From the NCBI RefSeq assembly GCF_009914755.1, contig NC_060929.1: a stretch of DNA of 64,000 nucleotides; one strand, written 5' to 3'. Within the stretch, counting starts at the first letter, position 1. Every line of letters starts with the position of its first letter. The DNA comes from the human T2T-CHM13v2.0 reference genome, Homo sapiens. The translations under genes were made by a program, and so were the position numbers. The notes under the pieces are model-generated. The model had not been told where the DNA came from and did no database searches. It worked only from the letters and a program-made list of their open reading frames with translations. This document shows positions 39,380 to 52,759 of this stretch, in pieces.

Positions 39380-39725
39380 TATCACAGGCTAATTAACAAT
39401 GATTCAGTCAACAACTAACAATGTGTGTGATTGTGGTCCCATAAGATTATAATACCATATTGTTATTGCCTTTTACTATATTTAGATACGCTTAGATACA
39501 CAATTTCTTACCATTGTGTTACAATTGTTTACAGTATTCAGTACAGCAGAATGCTGTATAAGTTTGTAGCCTAAGAGCAATAGGCTGTACTATATACTGT
39601 AGGCTTGTGGTAGGCTATAATATCTAGGTTTGTGTAAGTACACGCTGTGATGTTTGCACAAGCATGAGCTCATCCAAGGACAAATTTCTTAGAACATATC
39701 TTTGTTGTTAAACAATGCATGACTG
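39380..39725 (+). mobile_element. Tigger3a (MER7A) MITE
   Basis: GTGGTCCCATAAGATTATAATACC...CTAGGTTTGTGTAAGTACAC...GCATGACTG followed by TA. Confidence 0.9.
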
Positions 39726-39887
39726 TAGTGGTGGAAAACTAGGTCATGATTTTTCACCCATGCTTACCCATGAAAGTAGATATTTTAAGAAATAATGCAT
39801 GAAAAATAAAAGAGACCCTCATGAGAAAATATCTTGTCTGTCAAAAAGAGAGTTCGTTTATTAAATATAAAAAAAGCATTTGCTATA

Positions 39888-40231
39888 CTATGCTGTTAGT
39901 ATTTGTGTCCCCTACAAAAGTCACAGGTTGAAACCTAATCACCAGTCTGATGCTATTCGGAGGTGAGGACTTCGTGAGGTAATTAGATCATGAGGATGGA
40001 GTCCCCATGAATGAGATTAGTGTCCTTATAAAAGAAGTCCCAGAGAGCTGTCTTGCCCTTTCCCCCTGTGACAACACAGATAGAAGGTATTATCTATGAG
40101 CCATAAAGTGGGTCCTCACTAGAGATCAAATCTGCCAGTAACCAGATCTTGGACTTTCCATCCTCCAGAAATGTGAAAAATATTTTTTGGTTGTTTATAA
40201 GCCATTCATTCAACCCAGGTGAACCAAGACA
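39888..40231 (+). mobile_element. MLT1A/MLT1A0 MaLR LTR
   Basis: TGTGTCCCC...GTTGAAACCTAATC...ATGAATGAGATTAGTGTCCTTATAAAAGA...GATCTTGGACTTTCCATCCTCCAGAA. Confidence 0.88.
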
Positions 40232-40745
40232 ATCCTTATTTAGTGCTATACTTTGCGGATTAGTAACTACTAACTTTATAGTCATGTGACTTGATGATAT
40301 CAAGTCCATACATAATTTTTGTACCAGCAGTAGTAATTCTCTCTTCCTCTTGCATATGCACATTTCAAAATGTGTTTCTGAATCTAAGCTCCCTCTTTTC
40401 CAGATGTAACACAATCAGCTGCATGTAATGATAATTTCCTCTCCAAAGACTACTCCCTCTCACATCCATTGCTATTCATCTCCTCCACTTCTTCATATTC
40501 TTGGGAATCATTGGAGATTGCTTGATCATAATTTCTGATGTGTATAGAGAGATACTTATTTTAAAAACATTAAGATTTTATCTTCAATAAAAAGATGACT
40601 TAAAAAAGTGAGAGTTATATTAACTCCATGATTAACCTATGAGTGTTTAACTCACAGTGATTATGATTTTTCATTAATTGTATCACTATATAAATATAAT
40701 GTTAAAATAATCCTTTAGTTGATAACATATTTCACTTTAATTTCT
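40232..40745 (+). mobile_element. Ancient MITE-like DNA element, copy A (probably Tigger15a/MamRep434-like)
   Basis: Clear reverse-complement homology to 45430-46230; family assignment from memory only; strand is relative to copy B. Confidence 0.6.
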
Positions 40746-41019
40746 CATGATTTAAATTTTAAAACTGTTCTTATTCTATGTTGTTCTTATTGTTTCCACA
40801 GGTTATTACAAAAATATCAAACAGATAATTAAAGTGAGCTTGTAATAATACGTGTCTTATTTAAATATTTAATTTTGTTAATATTACAAATGCTACAATA
40901 AGAAAAAAATTAAATGGTCACTAAACATAGATTTAAATTAAATTCTACATTTCATATTTCTATGCTTAAAATGGTTGTAACTTAACAGAATGAGTGAATA
41001 TTTTTAAATATCTGGTTAT

Positions 41020-41800
41020 AGAAGCTTTTGTATTGAGCTTGTGTTTCCTGGTTTAATTTGCATACTCTGGGTTACTGGTTTAGAAACGCAGCTCACAATT
41101 TGTTCATAATCCTCCTCTTTCCTGCTTCAAGCAATTACAGCTCCTCAAAGATAAGTGAGCTGTGAACAAACTAAACTATATATACATATACACTCTCACA
41201 CACATACACACACACACACAGTCTTCTCTTGGTATCTATAAGGGATTGGTTCCAGGATCCCCATGGATACGAAAATCCACAGATGCTCAAGTCCATGATA
41301 TAAAATGGCATGGTATTCGCATACAAGCTAAGCACATCTTCCTATATATTTTAAATCATCTCTCTATTACTTAGAATACAAACTACAATGTAAATGCTAT
41401 GGAAATATTTAATGATTGTTATACTGTTTTGTGTTTTATATGTATTATTTTTATTTTTGTATTGTTATTGTTATTTTTTATTCTTTTCTAAATATTTTCA
41501 CTTCAAGGTTGATTGAATCTGCAGATCCATAACCCACAGATACAGAGGGCTGACTGCGTAAAAACTGGGGGCTATAAAGTCTTTGCCTCACAATTCCAAC
41601 TAATCCAAAATTATTGTTTTAACATCTCCTCAATCCCAACCTGTCCCCAGACCTTTAAACTCTAAAAATATTGTGCCTTAATTTGTCATTTTGAACTAAT
41701 GCTCAGAGTCAGTGAAGGTGTTGTTCTTAATTGCAGTAAATTTAATAAACTTAGCTTTGCCTTATCAACAGGTTTTCTAGTGGGTTTCCAGACATCAACA
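41020..41800 (+). mobile_element. Old ERV1-class LTR (MER89/90/110 group) split by MER2
   Basis: TTGCAGTAAATTTAATAAACTTAGCTTTGCCTTATCAACAGGTT...CA is an LTR-type 3' end; sequence resumes after the MER2. Confidence 0.5.
41219..41556 (+). mobile_element. MER2 (Tigger-family MITE)
   Basis: CAGTC...GGGATTGGTTCCAGGA...AAAATCCACAGATGCTCAAGTCC...GATACAGAGGGCTGACTG, with TIRs. Confidence 0.92.
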
Positions 41801-43481
41801 GTCAACAAATGCAAAGGCAGTTTGTTACATGAATGGGTAAATAGTTATCTTATGCATATAGCAAATCAATAAATGTTCACGTGTGGATGATAAATCTGAC
41901 AGGACAAATAATTTAAATTTGCTGTATACTGACAAATTGCCATTCCAAGTATATAAATTTATATTTATGTGAACTGTGCTTATCCCAGTAATACTTGAGC
42001 ATGCCTGTTTCCCCTCACCTTCACCAAAAGTTATCTTGTAAATTTTTTCAGCTATGTCACTTCTGTGATGCCATGCAGGTTTTTAAATTGTCACAGACCA
42101 TTGTAGATATATAGATAGAAATATCTAGTTTCTAGGCTTATACCGGCCTTAAACTCATGTCACTGTCCACTTTTTGTTTTAAAAATTGTAAAAAATAATT
42201 ACTGTGACTTTCTCTTATGCCAAAAATAAACATTTTAATATCAAATGCTGGAAAATGCCTTCTTTTCTACAGTTCTATAGGCACTCAAACAATTAAATTG
42301 CTGGTGCTATTTTCTGGAGAAGTACATTTAAATAACTTCTTCTTAGAAACTGTGGTGGCATCCATTATGTAGATTATAATATGAATTTTAGGAAAATAGA
42401 AATTGGCTTTTGATGCTCATCTGAAACTGATTGACTTGCACATCCTTCTAACAAATGCTGGGTTTCAAGGAAACAAATTCTAATATTTAATATACCAAAT
42501 ATCCCTGGACTATAACACTAATTATAGGAGTGAATTGGCCAGGGGCACCTGGGGAATTGAACAACTCATCTCGCCTCTAAATTATTGTGAACATCTGGGA
42601 ACAGGTATAATGGCCTTCATCTGGTATTGGGAGTAAACTGGTGATTCGTTATCAAAAGAACTGTGAGGCTTAGATCTGCTTCGGACATGCACTGCTCCTT
42701 TAGTAAGTATGCTGTAAATGGATTTAAAGCATCATTAGGTAAATATCTTAGCACAGTTAGGAAAACTGACTGTACTGAAACAATGTACTCAAATGCAGTT
42801 GTAATGATGTGCAAATGTGTCCAAATATTTGTTTAAATAAGGCTATAAGATGAAGTGTTGACATATAATTCCAAGGACATCCATATAGTAAGTGCCTAAA
42901 ACATAAGCCCAAGTTACTGTTACAGTGTTTGATTGTATAACATTGAACATTAATGTTGACATTACAAAGTAATACTTGATATTTAATCAGTTAGGTCTAG
43001 ACTAAGTAGTTTATAATTTTGTTTCTAAGAAGAATGATGCTATAGTTCAAATTTAGTATCATAGAACTCAACTGACCTTGGACTAGCAACTCAACAATAA
43101 GGACACAAATATTCTAAAGACTTTGGAAAATTTTAGTCACTCTGTCTTAAATGTGAGCATGACATCACACAGCAAATAAAATGTCAATTCTGTCAACAAC
43201 TAGCTGAGTGACTTTACTTCCCTTATATGAGGTTGTTTAAATACTTTAAGGAATTAAACATGATTTTCAAGATCTTCCCTAGCTTTAGCAACATGTAAAA
43301 TTATTAAATGTAAATAACTGTGGAATTACTAAAAGCAAATATCCATGTGTAGTCACATTACTTGCCACATAAATGGAACGTTATTACACTAACAAATAGA
43401 TACTGTTCTACAGCTTTTCTATACAGCTAAATAATCAACTATTTCTATAATTTATACTTCACTGTTACCAAATCCTAAAAT

Positions 43482-43695
43482 ATATATATTTTTATATACA
43501 TATTATATATATATTTTATATACATATATTTTATATACATATTATATATATTATATACATATTATATATATTTTATATACATATTTTATATATATTATAT
43601 ACATATTATATATATTATATACATATTATATATATAATATATATATATAATATATATATATTATATATATATATTATATATATATATATATATAT
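43482..43695. repeat. AT-rich (TA)n / TATATACATAT minisatellite
   Basis: Direct reading; occupies the tail position of the adjacent Alu stub. Confidence 0.95.
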
Positions 43696-43773
43696 GGAGA
43701 TGGAGTCTCGCTCTGTGGCCCAGGCAGGAGTGCAGTGGTGCAATCTCAGCTCACTGCAAGCTCTGCCTCCTGG
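43696..43773 (-). mobile_element. 5'-truncated AluY-like stub
   Basis: GAGATGGAGTCTCGCTCTGT...CACTGCAAGCTCTGCCTCC; TSD CCAAA(T/C)CCTAAAAT at 43468 and 43774. Confidence 0.9.
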
Positions 43774-43795
43774 CCAAACCCTAAAATCTTAAGGA

Positions 43796-43797
<2 letters not shown>

Positions 43798-43834
<37 letters not shown>
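43798..43834. repeat. (TG)n microsatellite
   Basis: Direct reading. Confidence 0.95.
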
Positions 43835-43837
<3 letters not shown>

Positions 43838-43972
43838 CCTTTACAGATTGAATAAGTATAGCCCAAGTGTACTTGTGCCTATTTACAAAATATTAAAGAA
43901 CACTGAAGTTCTTTCTTGAAGAAGAACTCAGTCCATCAGGAGATTGAAGTTTCCTTAAAAAATACTTCCTTA

Positions 43973-43996
43973 CACACACACACACACACACACACA
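43973..43996. repeat. (CA)n microsatellite
   Basis: Direct reading. Confidence 0.95.
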
Positions 43997-44049
43997 TTTT
44001 ATTATTTCAAGAAAACAGCAAAAGAAATTGAGTTAGATTCTAAAGTTAA

Positions 44050-45130
44050 ATGACAGATATGAATTTGCTATTAGAAGGTCATATAAACTTGTCAGAGAAA
44101 GAAGTAAACAGTGTGTATCTTTTAGGACGAGCTGCTCTGACACCATTGTTCAGAAATGTTCCTGTCAGCCTATTCCAAATATTACTAAATCTAGCTTTAG
44201 ATTAGATTGCTTATCTTGCAGAAGACAGTATTTTTAAAGAATGAAGGTGTGCTTTCTATTTCACATAATTCTTTTTGAACTATTCCAAGGATGACTAGTT
44301 ATGTTGTTCAATGGATTACTTGTTTCTAAATCAATAAGATTGATGCTATAGATAAATATGCATGACACACTCGACCTGTGAAAATATGAGTAAGAGAAAA
44401 TATAACACACTACCAGAGGTCAAGGTATATCAGCAGCAACCAAAAACTGCCTCAAGGATTTTCTTCTTATTCAACCATTAGTTCATGTCTTAATGAAACC
44501 CAGTGCTCTCAAGGATGATAAAGATGGAGTCACTGTCCCTAGTTCTTCAATTATTCAGTTCTAATGGGTAGGTTAATGAAGTGTGGCAAGTAATATTTAT
44601 CTGAGAAGACTTGCTATAAACACTTGCTTGTAATAGATGCTGTTTTTATTTTTAAAAAGTGTAGATTAACCCTGTTCTGTAAATACATATTCATTCAAGC
44701 ATTGGTAGAAAAAATAATTATGTTTTTGAATTTAAGAGATAAATATGATCATGACATTGATCTTAAAACAAACAAGGTGTATAATAAGAAATCCTTAGAA
44801 CAATTCTTCTGGGAAATGGCTAAAGCAGATCTATGGGACAGGCTTGACAAACTACCAAAGAAAAGGAAGAACCAGTCAGGGTTACTACATTTATAAAGGA
44901 GAATTGGCCACTTTGATGGGTTGACATTTTGCCATGACAAGTTCAGAACCTTAAGTGATCTTAGAAATGTCAGAAAGGAGCTTAATAGGCACCTCAATGA
45001 AAACATTAACTATACAATTAAACTTAATATGAATAAATTCTGCTTTTATGAGAAAAAGGTCAATGCTAGCCTGAACTTAGAAAAAAAGGGGGTTATTCTT
45101 ACACAGACAGAGAAAGCCAATTAGGGAACT
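44050..45130 (+). mobile_element. CR1/L3 LINE reverse-transcriptase relic
   Basis: ORF-track peptides IFIQALVEKIIMFLNLRD, DLWDRLDK...LLHL and KLNMNKFCFYEKKVNASL follow the order of CR1 RT motifs (IFINDLDEG..FADD; DLDRLE..VLHLG; KLNMSQQC..AKKANAIL). Confidence 0.65.
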
Positions 45131-45364
45131 CCAGTTAATGTAGTGCTGCAAATAGACAGGTTTTTTAAATCAGATTTTTCAACTATTAGTTTCACATTAA
45201 TTCAAATTTGAGTGATGGGGATGTATAGTTTCATAATATCTATAATCTTTTAGACAAACACAAATTTAAAAAAAAAACTGTAGGATTCTAAACATGTAAT
45301 AACTTAGCTTTTTATTTCTTTTTTTTTTTACATTTTCCCAGCAATGACACAGTGACTTTTTTTT

Positions 45365-46245
<881 letters not shown>

Positions 46246-46837
46246 ATTTAAGATACTAGTGAGACGCTAAGTCTAAGGATTAGGTCATCCAGCCACCCAG
46301 GTTTCAAGAAGAAAAACTTTACTTAGTTTCTAAAAGGTTCAGAACAGAATTTTATCTCTTGATTTCCTGTTTGTTTCTGGGATTTTTATGAAAAATCTGC
46401 CATATGAAACTCATATGAATTATTATAATGCTTTAATGGTATTCCATAAAGGCATATGTGTGTGTTTGTGTATATGCAACACTGAACAACATAGTTAAAA
46501 CACGGCTTCGTGATTATTAAAACAAAACTGTACAGATATTTTGAGTATTCGCCTTGAATAAAAGTTTTTAGAAAGACTCCATGAACTCGTTTTTTCTCAT
46601 AAGTAGCTTACAATCTAGAAATATAGAAACTATATCACTTAGTACATATAGAATCATGCAAAGAGATTGCTATAATTAGTATGATAGCAATATTTTACAG
46701 TGCAGTGATGCTTTAATAGATGTAGAGATCAAAGTAATTTTAGGGGAATCAGGAAGACTTAATAAAAAGAATGAACAGTTAAACTTAATAAAAAATAAAG
46801 TCTTTTGGCAGGTAGAAAAAGTGAACACAAAAGGGAA

Positions 46838-47142
46838 TTTTTTTTTTTTTTTTTTTTTTTTGAGACGGAGTCTCCCTTTGTCACCCAGGCTGGAGTGCAG
46901 TGGCGCTATCTCAGCTCACTGCAGGCTCTGCCTCCCAGGTTCATGCCGTTCTCCTGCCTCAGCCTCCTGAGTAGCTGGGACTACAGGCACCCGCCACCAC
47001 GCCCGGCTAATTTTTTGTATATTTAGTAGAGACGGGGTTTCACTGTGTTAGCCAGGATGGTCTCGATCTCCTGACCTCGTGATCCAGCCGCTTCGGCCTC
47101 CCAAAGTGCTGGGATTACAGGTGTCGGCCATCGCGCCTGGCC
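46838..47142 (-). mobile_element. AluY, antisense
   Basis: GTGTTAGCCAGGATGGTCTCGATCTCCTGACCTCGTGATCC has AluY diagnostics; TSD ACAAAAGGGAA at 46827 and 47143. Confidence 0.95.
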
Positions 47143-47771
47143 ACAAAAGGGAACTTTAAGCAAAGTTACTAGTAAAAAAAAATCACCAATCTATTATATG
47201 GGGGAAATTTCAGATAGCCTGCAAAATATAATACATGTAGATAAAGACTGGTGGTATAAGTACAGTCTGTTACAAAGAGAACATCCTGTGAAGATTCTAA
47301 ACAGAAAAATAACATGATTATATTTGATGTTTTTAAAGTGCTCTCTAGGACAAATTGGAGAAGTTTTAGAAAGATTTGTGTGAGGAATATTTATGAAAAA
47401 GTTAGAAAGGACAGTATAGTGTTCAATTTAACATTTTCTATATATCAGATTAAGATGGCATATATTTAAAGGTGATAAAGCAATCTAACTTTTTAAATTT
47501 TCTTTCTTTTTTTGGTAGATATTATTTTCCAACACATCATGGTATATTTAAGAACTAATATTTCATAATTTCAAATATGACTTAATGTTAGACTTTCATA
47601 TACAACATTGCTAACACATTTTTATCTACGTGAGCTCATGCCCACCTTCTATGTTATATTCACAACTTATTTAAAATTAATAATTTTCTTTCACACATAC
47701 ACATACACATTTTACAAATACAACATATAAAAGATACAATGAAGGAGTAGCTTTGAGAGATATTTGAAATC

Positions 47772-48062
47772 TAAGGTCACCAACTTGTGGACTGTCACAC
47801 AGATCTGGTCTTCAGATGCATTTTCTGCACATTGTTTCACAAACACTTAACAATTTCCCATGAAAGTAAAGAAGTTTAGCTTCTCTTTCAATAATCAGGT
47901 TATCTGCCCTGAGCTATTTCTGAATGGCAGCATGCATTGGACTTGCAGAGCATACACTCCCCCACGAGAAAGACTCCACCACTCCATGTGGCCCATCAGT
48001 TAGGACACCACACTCACACATGTGCTATGCCTGGTCCCTGTGGCTTTGAATTGTAACCTATG
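47772..48062 (+). mobile_element. MER102-like hAT-Charlie MITE
   Basis: GCTTCTCTTTCAATAATCAGG...CCACCACTCC...GCCTGGTCCCTGTGGCTTTGAATTGTAACC. Confidence 0.65.
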
Positions 48063-48239
48063 ATCTAGAGAAATAATCAGGAGGACATGATGACTGACTA
48101 GATAAAGAGGGTAAGAAGAGAAAGAAAGGAGTCAAAAAAAGGATGACACATTTTCAATTCAGTTAGACACACAAAAAAATAAAGTCACTAAATGTAAGAG
48201 ATTGTTGAGATGCTGGGATCCTCACCTAATTCTGACTTA

Positions 48240-48830
48240 GTGTGAATGTATTCTTAAGGTACCCTCATGATCCCTGCCGCCTCTTCGTACCCTTGTATGA
48301 AGCCCTCAGGCAACTGTGTGTTGGAACTGTGAATTGCTCCTAACTTGCAGAATAGAAAAAACATGTGGGGTGCATGATGCACTCATGTGTCCATAACTTT
48401 GTGATTAAGCTACACAAAGTCATAGTGCCTATCTTGCCAGAGTTGTTCATTACCTTCCTGGCTCAGGACTCAAATGATTACAATAGGGAACCTCAATGGC
48501 AAGGAACGTAAGTGGCCTTTAGAGCAGAAAGCATCCTTCAGCTGACAGATAGCAAGGAGCTGAACCCCCAGACTGACAGCTACAAGGTCTGAATGCTGCC
48601 AGCAACCACGTAAGTGGGGATGCAGATCCTACCCCAGTTGAGCCTCCAGATGAGAATCCAGTGTCCTGGCTGACACCATGATTTCTGCTTTGAGACACTG
48701 TAAAGTAAGGGACTCAGTTAAGCCACACCCAGACTCCTGACCCACAGGAACTGTGAGCTACTAAATGTGTAGTATTGTAAACTGTTAAGTGTGTGGTAAT
48801 ATTGTTACACAGCAATGAATAACTAATGTA
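48240..48830 (+). mobile_element. MLT1E-like MaLR LTR
   Basis: CCCCAGTTGAGCCTCCAGATGAGAA...GACTCCTGACCCACAG...TTGTTACACAGCAATGAATAACTAAT. Confidence 0.85.
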
Positions 48831-49059
48831 CTGCTAATTTTTTATTTCTTACCCTAGAGTTGTTTGTCATTTTTTCTACCAAGTGTTGAGGATGTTTTCC
48901 TTTATTCCTTTATTTCCTTTATTCTCTCCTCTCCCTTTGCTTCCTTGAATGTGCTTCCTGGGTGTGTGACTGCTTAAAGTAATAGCATGTCACTGAACTG
49001 ATGGAATGCCATGGCAGATCTAGCACTGAAAAGATAGGCATCTTCTGATTACTCCATTT

Positions 49060-49378
49060 TATAAACTTTTAGTCATGCTGCCAGGAAATACAAGTGGCTT
49101 TGTGATGTGTCCCACATTAGGAAAGACTGAGCCATCCTACAACAGCTCTAGCTGAGCTCCCAGCCATCAGCCAGCAGTATCTTTGTCAGCCATGTGAGAG
49201 AGATATCTTGGAAGTTGATTCTCCAATCCAGTTTTGAGCCAGCCCAGTGACAACACATACAGCACAAATAACCTATCCCTAGAAACCACAACCAAATTGC
49301 AAAATCATGAATAAGTTACTTTGTTTGTTTCAACCTCTACGTTTTTGGTGGATTTACAGCAATAGACAATGAAAATAT
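49060..49378 (+). mobile_element. MLT1G/H-like MaLR LTR
   Basis: GCTGAGCTCCCAGCCATCAGCCAGCA...CAGCCATGTGAG...CAAATTGCAAAATCATGA...CAGCAATAGA. Confidence 0.75.
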
Positions 49379-50397
49379 CAGAGACAATGTGTACATCCCC
49401 AGTGTTGAAAAGGGCAATTGTCACGCAGGAGCTCAATCTATACTTATTGAGTGGAATAATGTTATATTAACATTAAGTCTTTCCTATTGATAGAGATTCA
49501 CTGGAAGTAATCATATATGAAGATAAGGAATTCATAATAAAATATTTGGATAGAGATGTAGTTATGGATATAGATTTTCATGAGAACACATTTAGGTTTG
49601 GAGATTACTTCTGTAATGAAGAAATAACTGGAAAGAACTGAAGAAATAATTTTGAAAAGCTTAGATATCCTCAAAGTAAAAGAAGACAGGAAAATAAGAT
49701 ACTGAACAAAAAGACAGCTATTAGCATAAAGGCATAGAAAATTCTAGGTTCTATGTTTATTTTTATTTTAAATCACATGTTATTATTACCACATTTTTAA
49801 AATCCAGCTGAATAATACATATTATTCTAAAAGGAAAGATAGATTTTCTCCCAAGGTTTAATGCTTACTGTGACTCTACATAAGGGCATTTTGAGCATAC
49901 ACGTTTAGAAAATTTTGCCCAACTAAATTAAACTTTTTAGGCAACCTAAGCATTCTAAATTTCTTTTAAGGCAATATCTAGACACGCAGGACTTTTCTAT
50001 TACTCACATTTGAAAACAGTATAGCCTCACTATTTATTAGGACTTTTTACTTGCTATATGACAATATTTAAGTGTTTTCCATTTATCAAGGAAGAAAGTT
50101 ATCAAATAAAATAGCTTCTCTCTAATGAGTGAAATGAAATAGTTTCTAGTGAAATGGTGTGGAAAAATAAGAGGGACAAAATGTATCTTAAAATTCTTTA
50201 AAAATCTTCTGGCAAATGTCTTTATGTAGTCCACTTAACATATATCTTCTTCTCCATGAGGGTAATAAAACTTTTCTTAAAACACAATGTCACTTCAGAG
50301 TTCAAGGCTCAGAAATTCAACAAATACTAGTTGTTTTTATATATAAGGTCCTTCTGTAATTGTGTTACCTAACACCTTACATAGTTTTATGACTATG

Positions 50398-50399
<2 letters not shown>

Positions 50400-50444
<45 letters not shown>
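50400..50444. repeat. (TA)n microsatellite
   Basis: Pure AT dinucleotide run, read directly. Confidence 0.97.
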
Positions 50445-50450
<6 letters not shown>

Positions 50451-50719
50451 TTATTTGGAAAACTTTTGCTGATAAGCTATAGTAGTATATTATATCCTTT
50501 GAGAAGTCCTGCAGTAATGAAATTTATCTAAAGTAGCATGACTCAAGTATAATTAAGTAGAGTTTATTTTAATTGAGGGATAATTATTAACTGTATAAGA
50601 AAATAATTTTTTGTGGTACACACATTGGGAGATTTTATTTTAGGTGGGAAATATTTCAAAATTCATTTACCCCAACCTCTCAGGAGGTAAAGAAATAAGT
50701 TGATTAACATGATCCTGTG

Positions 50720-50900
50720 TGTGGCAAGAATATAGAGTTTGCAGGAGTAAGAAAAGCTAGCTTTATACAATTCTATTTATCACAGTAGTGATCTTAGGTG
50801 CAGCAGCTATTTTCTATGAGTCTCAGTTCCATTGTTGGTAAAATAAAATATTTTGATAATTAAAATTTATTCTGTAGAAATAATATGTAAACTATATTAT
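50720..50900 (+). mobile_element. MIR fragment
   Basis: GTGATCTTAGG...TCTATGAGTCTCAGTTCC...GTAAAATAAAA. Confidence 0.6.
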
Positions 50901-51024
50901 ATGAATTTTCATAATTACTATCTCAATCATTTTATCATTCTATCTCTGCCCAAATAATAGAAACTTAACTACCTAAAAAAGTCACACCCTCCTAATGTCT
51001 AGTGGCTGTAATTGTTTTGTCATT

Positions 51025-52595
51025 ATTGTTTTACTTTTTATAATTGACAATTAAAAATTGTACATATTTATTGTGTAAGACATAACATTTTGATATTTGT
51101 ATATACTGTGCAATGACTAAATTGAGTTAATTAATGTGCTCTAATTCACATGCTTATCATTAATTAGTGATAAAAGCACTTAAAATCTGCTCTCTTTTTA
51201 ATTGTCAAATATACAATACATTGTTATCAATTATAGTCCCCATGTTGTACAATAGATCTCTTGAATTTGTTCTCCTCCCTAACAGAAATTTTGTATCCTT
51301 TGTCCAACATTTCTTCAATCCCTAACCGCACCCTGCCCCATTCTACTCTCTGCTTCTGTGAGATAAACTTTTTTAGATACTACATATAAGTGAGATCATG
51401 TGGTATTTGTCCTTTTGTGCCTAGCTTATTTCCCTTAATATAATCTACAGGTTTATCTATGTTGTCCCAAATGACAGGATTTCCCTTTTTTTTTTTTTTT
51501 AGATGGAGTCTCATTCTGTCACCAGGCTGGAGTGCAGTGGCACGATCTTCACTCACTGTAATCTCTGCCTCCCAGGTTCAAGCTGAGGCAAGATTCTCCT
51601 GCCTCAGCCTCCCTAGTATCTGGGACTACAGGTGCGTGCCACCACGCCCAGTTTTGTTTTGTTTTGTTATTTTATTTTTAGTACAGATGGGTTTCACCAT
51701 GTTGGCCAGGATAGTCTTGATGGGGTTCCACCAAGCTGGCCAGGATAGTCTCGATCTCCTGACCTTGTGATCCGCCCGCCTTGGCCTCCTAAAGTGCTGG
51801 GATTACAGGCATGAGCCATCATGCCCAGCCGATTTTCTTCTTTTTAAGGTTGCATAGTATTCCATTGTGTATATATACCACATTTTATTTATCCAATCAT
51901 CTATGGAAGGACACTTAGGTTAATTCCATATCTGGGCTATTGTGAATAGTGCTGCAGTGAACATGGGAGTGCATCTGTGTCTTTGGCATATTGATTTTAT
52001 TCCTTTAAATAGATACCCAGTAGTGGGATTGCCAGATCATATGGTAGTTTTATTTTTAATATTTTGAGGAACCTCCATATGGTTTTCATAATGGCTGTAC
52101 AAGTTTTCATCATTCCCACTGTCAGTGTACATGGTTCCCTTTCTCTACATCCTCATCAACATTTGTTATCTTTCATCTTTTTGGTAATAGCCAACCTAAC
52201 AGCTGTAACATGATATTTCATTGTAGTTTTAATTTGCATTTCCTGATGACTAGTGATGTTGAAATTTTTTTTCATAGGCCTATTGGGGATTTGTGTGTCT
52301 TCTTCTGAGAGATGTCTGTTTAGGTAATTTGCCTGTTTTCTCGATTGGGTTATTTGTCTCAGTGTTATATAATTGTTTGAATTTCTTACATGGCTTGAAT
52401 ATTGACCCTTGATCAGAAATATGATTTATGAATACTTTTTTCTAGTCTGTGAGGCGCCCCTTCCTCTGTTGTTATGCAGTGCCCCTTCCTCTCTTGCTAT
52501 GCAGAAACATTTTAGTTTATGTAACCTCATTTGACTGTCATTACAAATTACGGGATTTCCTCTTTTTTCAGGCTGAATAGTATTCCACTGTGTAT
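51025..52595 (-). mobile_element. L1MA-type 3' fragment, antisense, split by an Alu
   Basis: CATGTTGTACAATAGATCTCTTGAA...CATATAAGTGAGATCATG...ATACCCAGTAGTGGGATTGC...GAGGAACCTCCATA. Confidence 0.9.
51485..51830 (-). mobile_element. Alu (AluSc-like), internally rearranged
   Basis: Antisense Alu with an extra inverted segment and a ~33-bp tandem duplication. Confidence 0.92.
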
Positions 52596-52759
52596 ATATA
52601 ACTATTATCTAATCGTTTTAAAGATTTTCTTTGATGCGATTGAAAATCTGACTCCCATAATCTCACCCAGTGAATCTCGGCCTTCACTTAAATTATATCT
52701 TGAAAAAATGTGGGATTCTATCATGTTTTTGAAAAGAAAGACTCAAGCCCATAACAATA

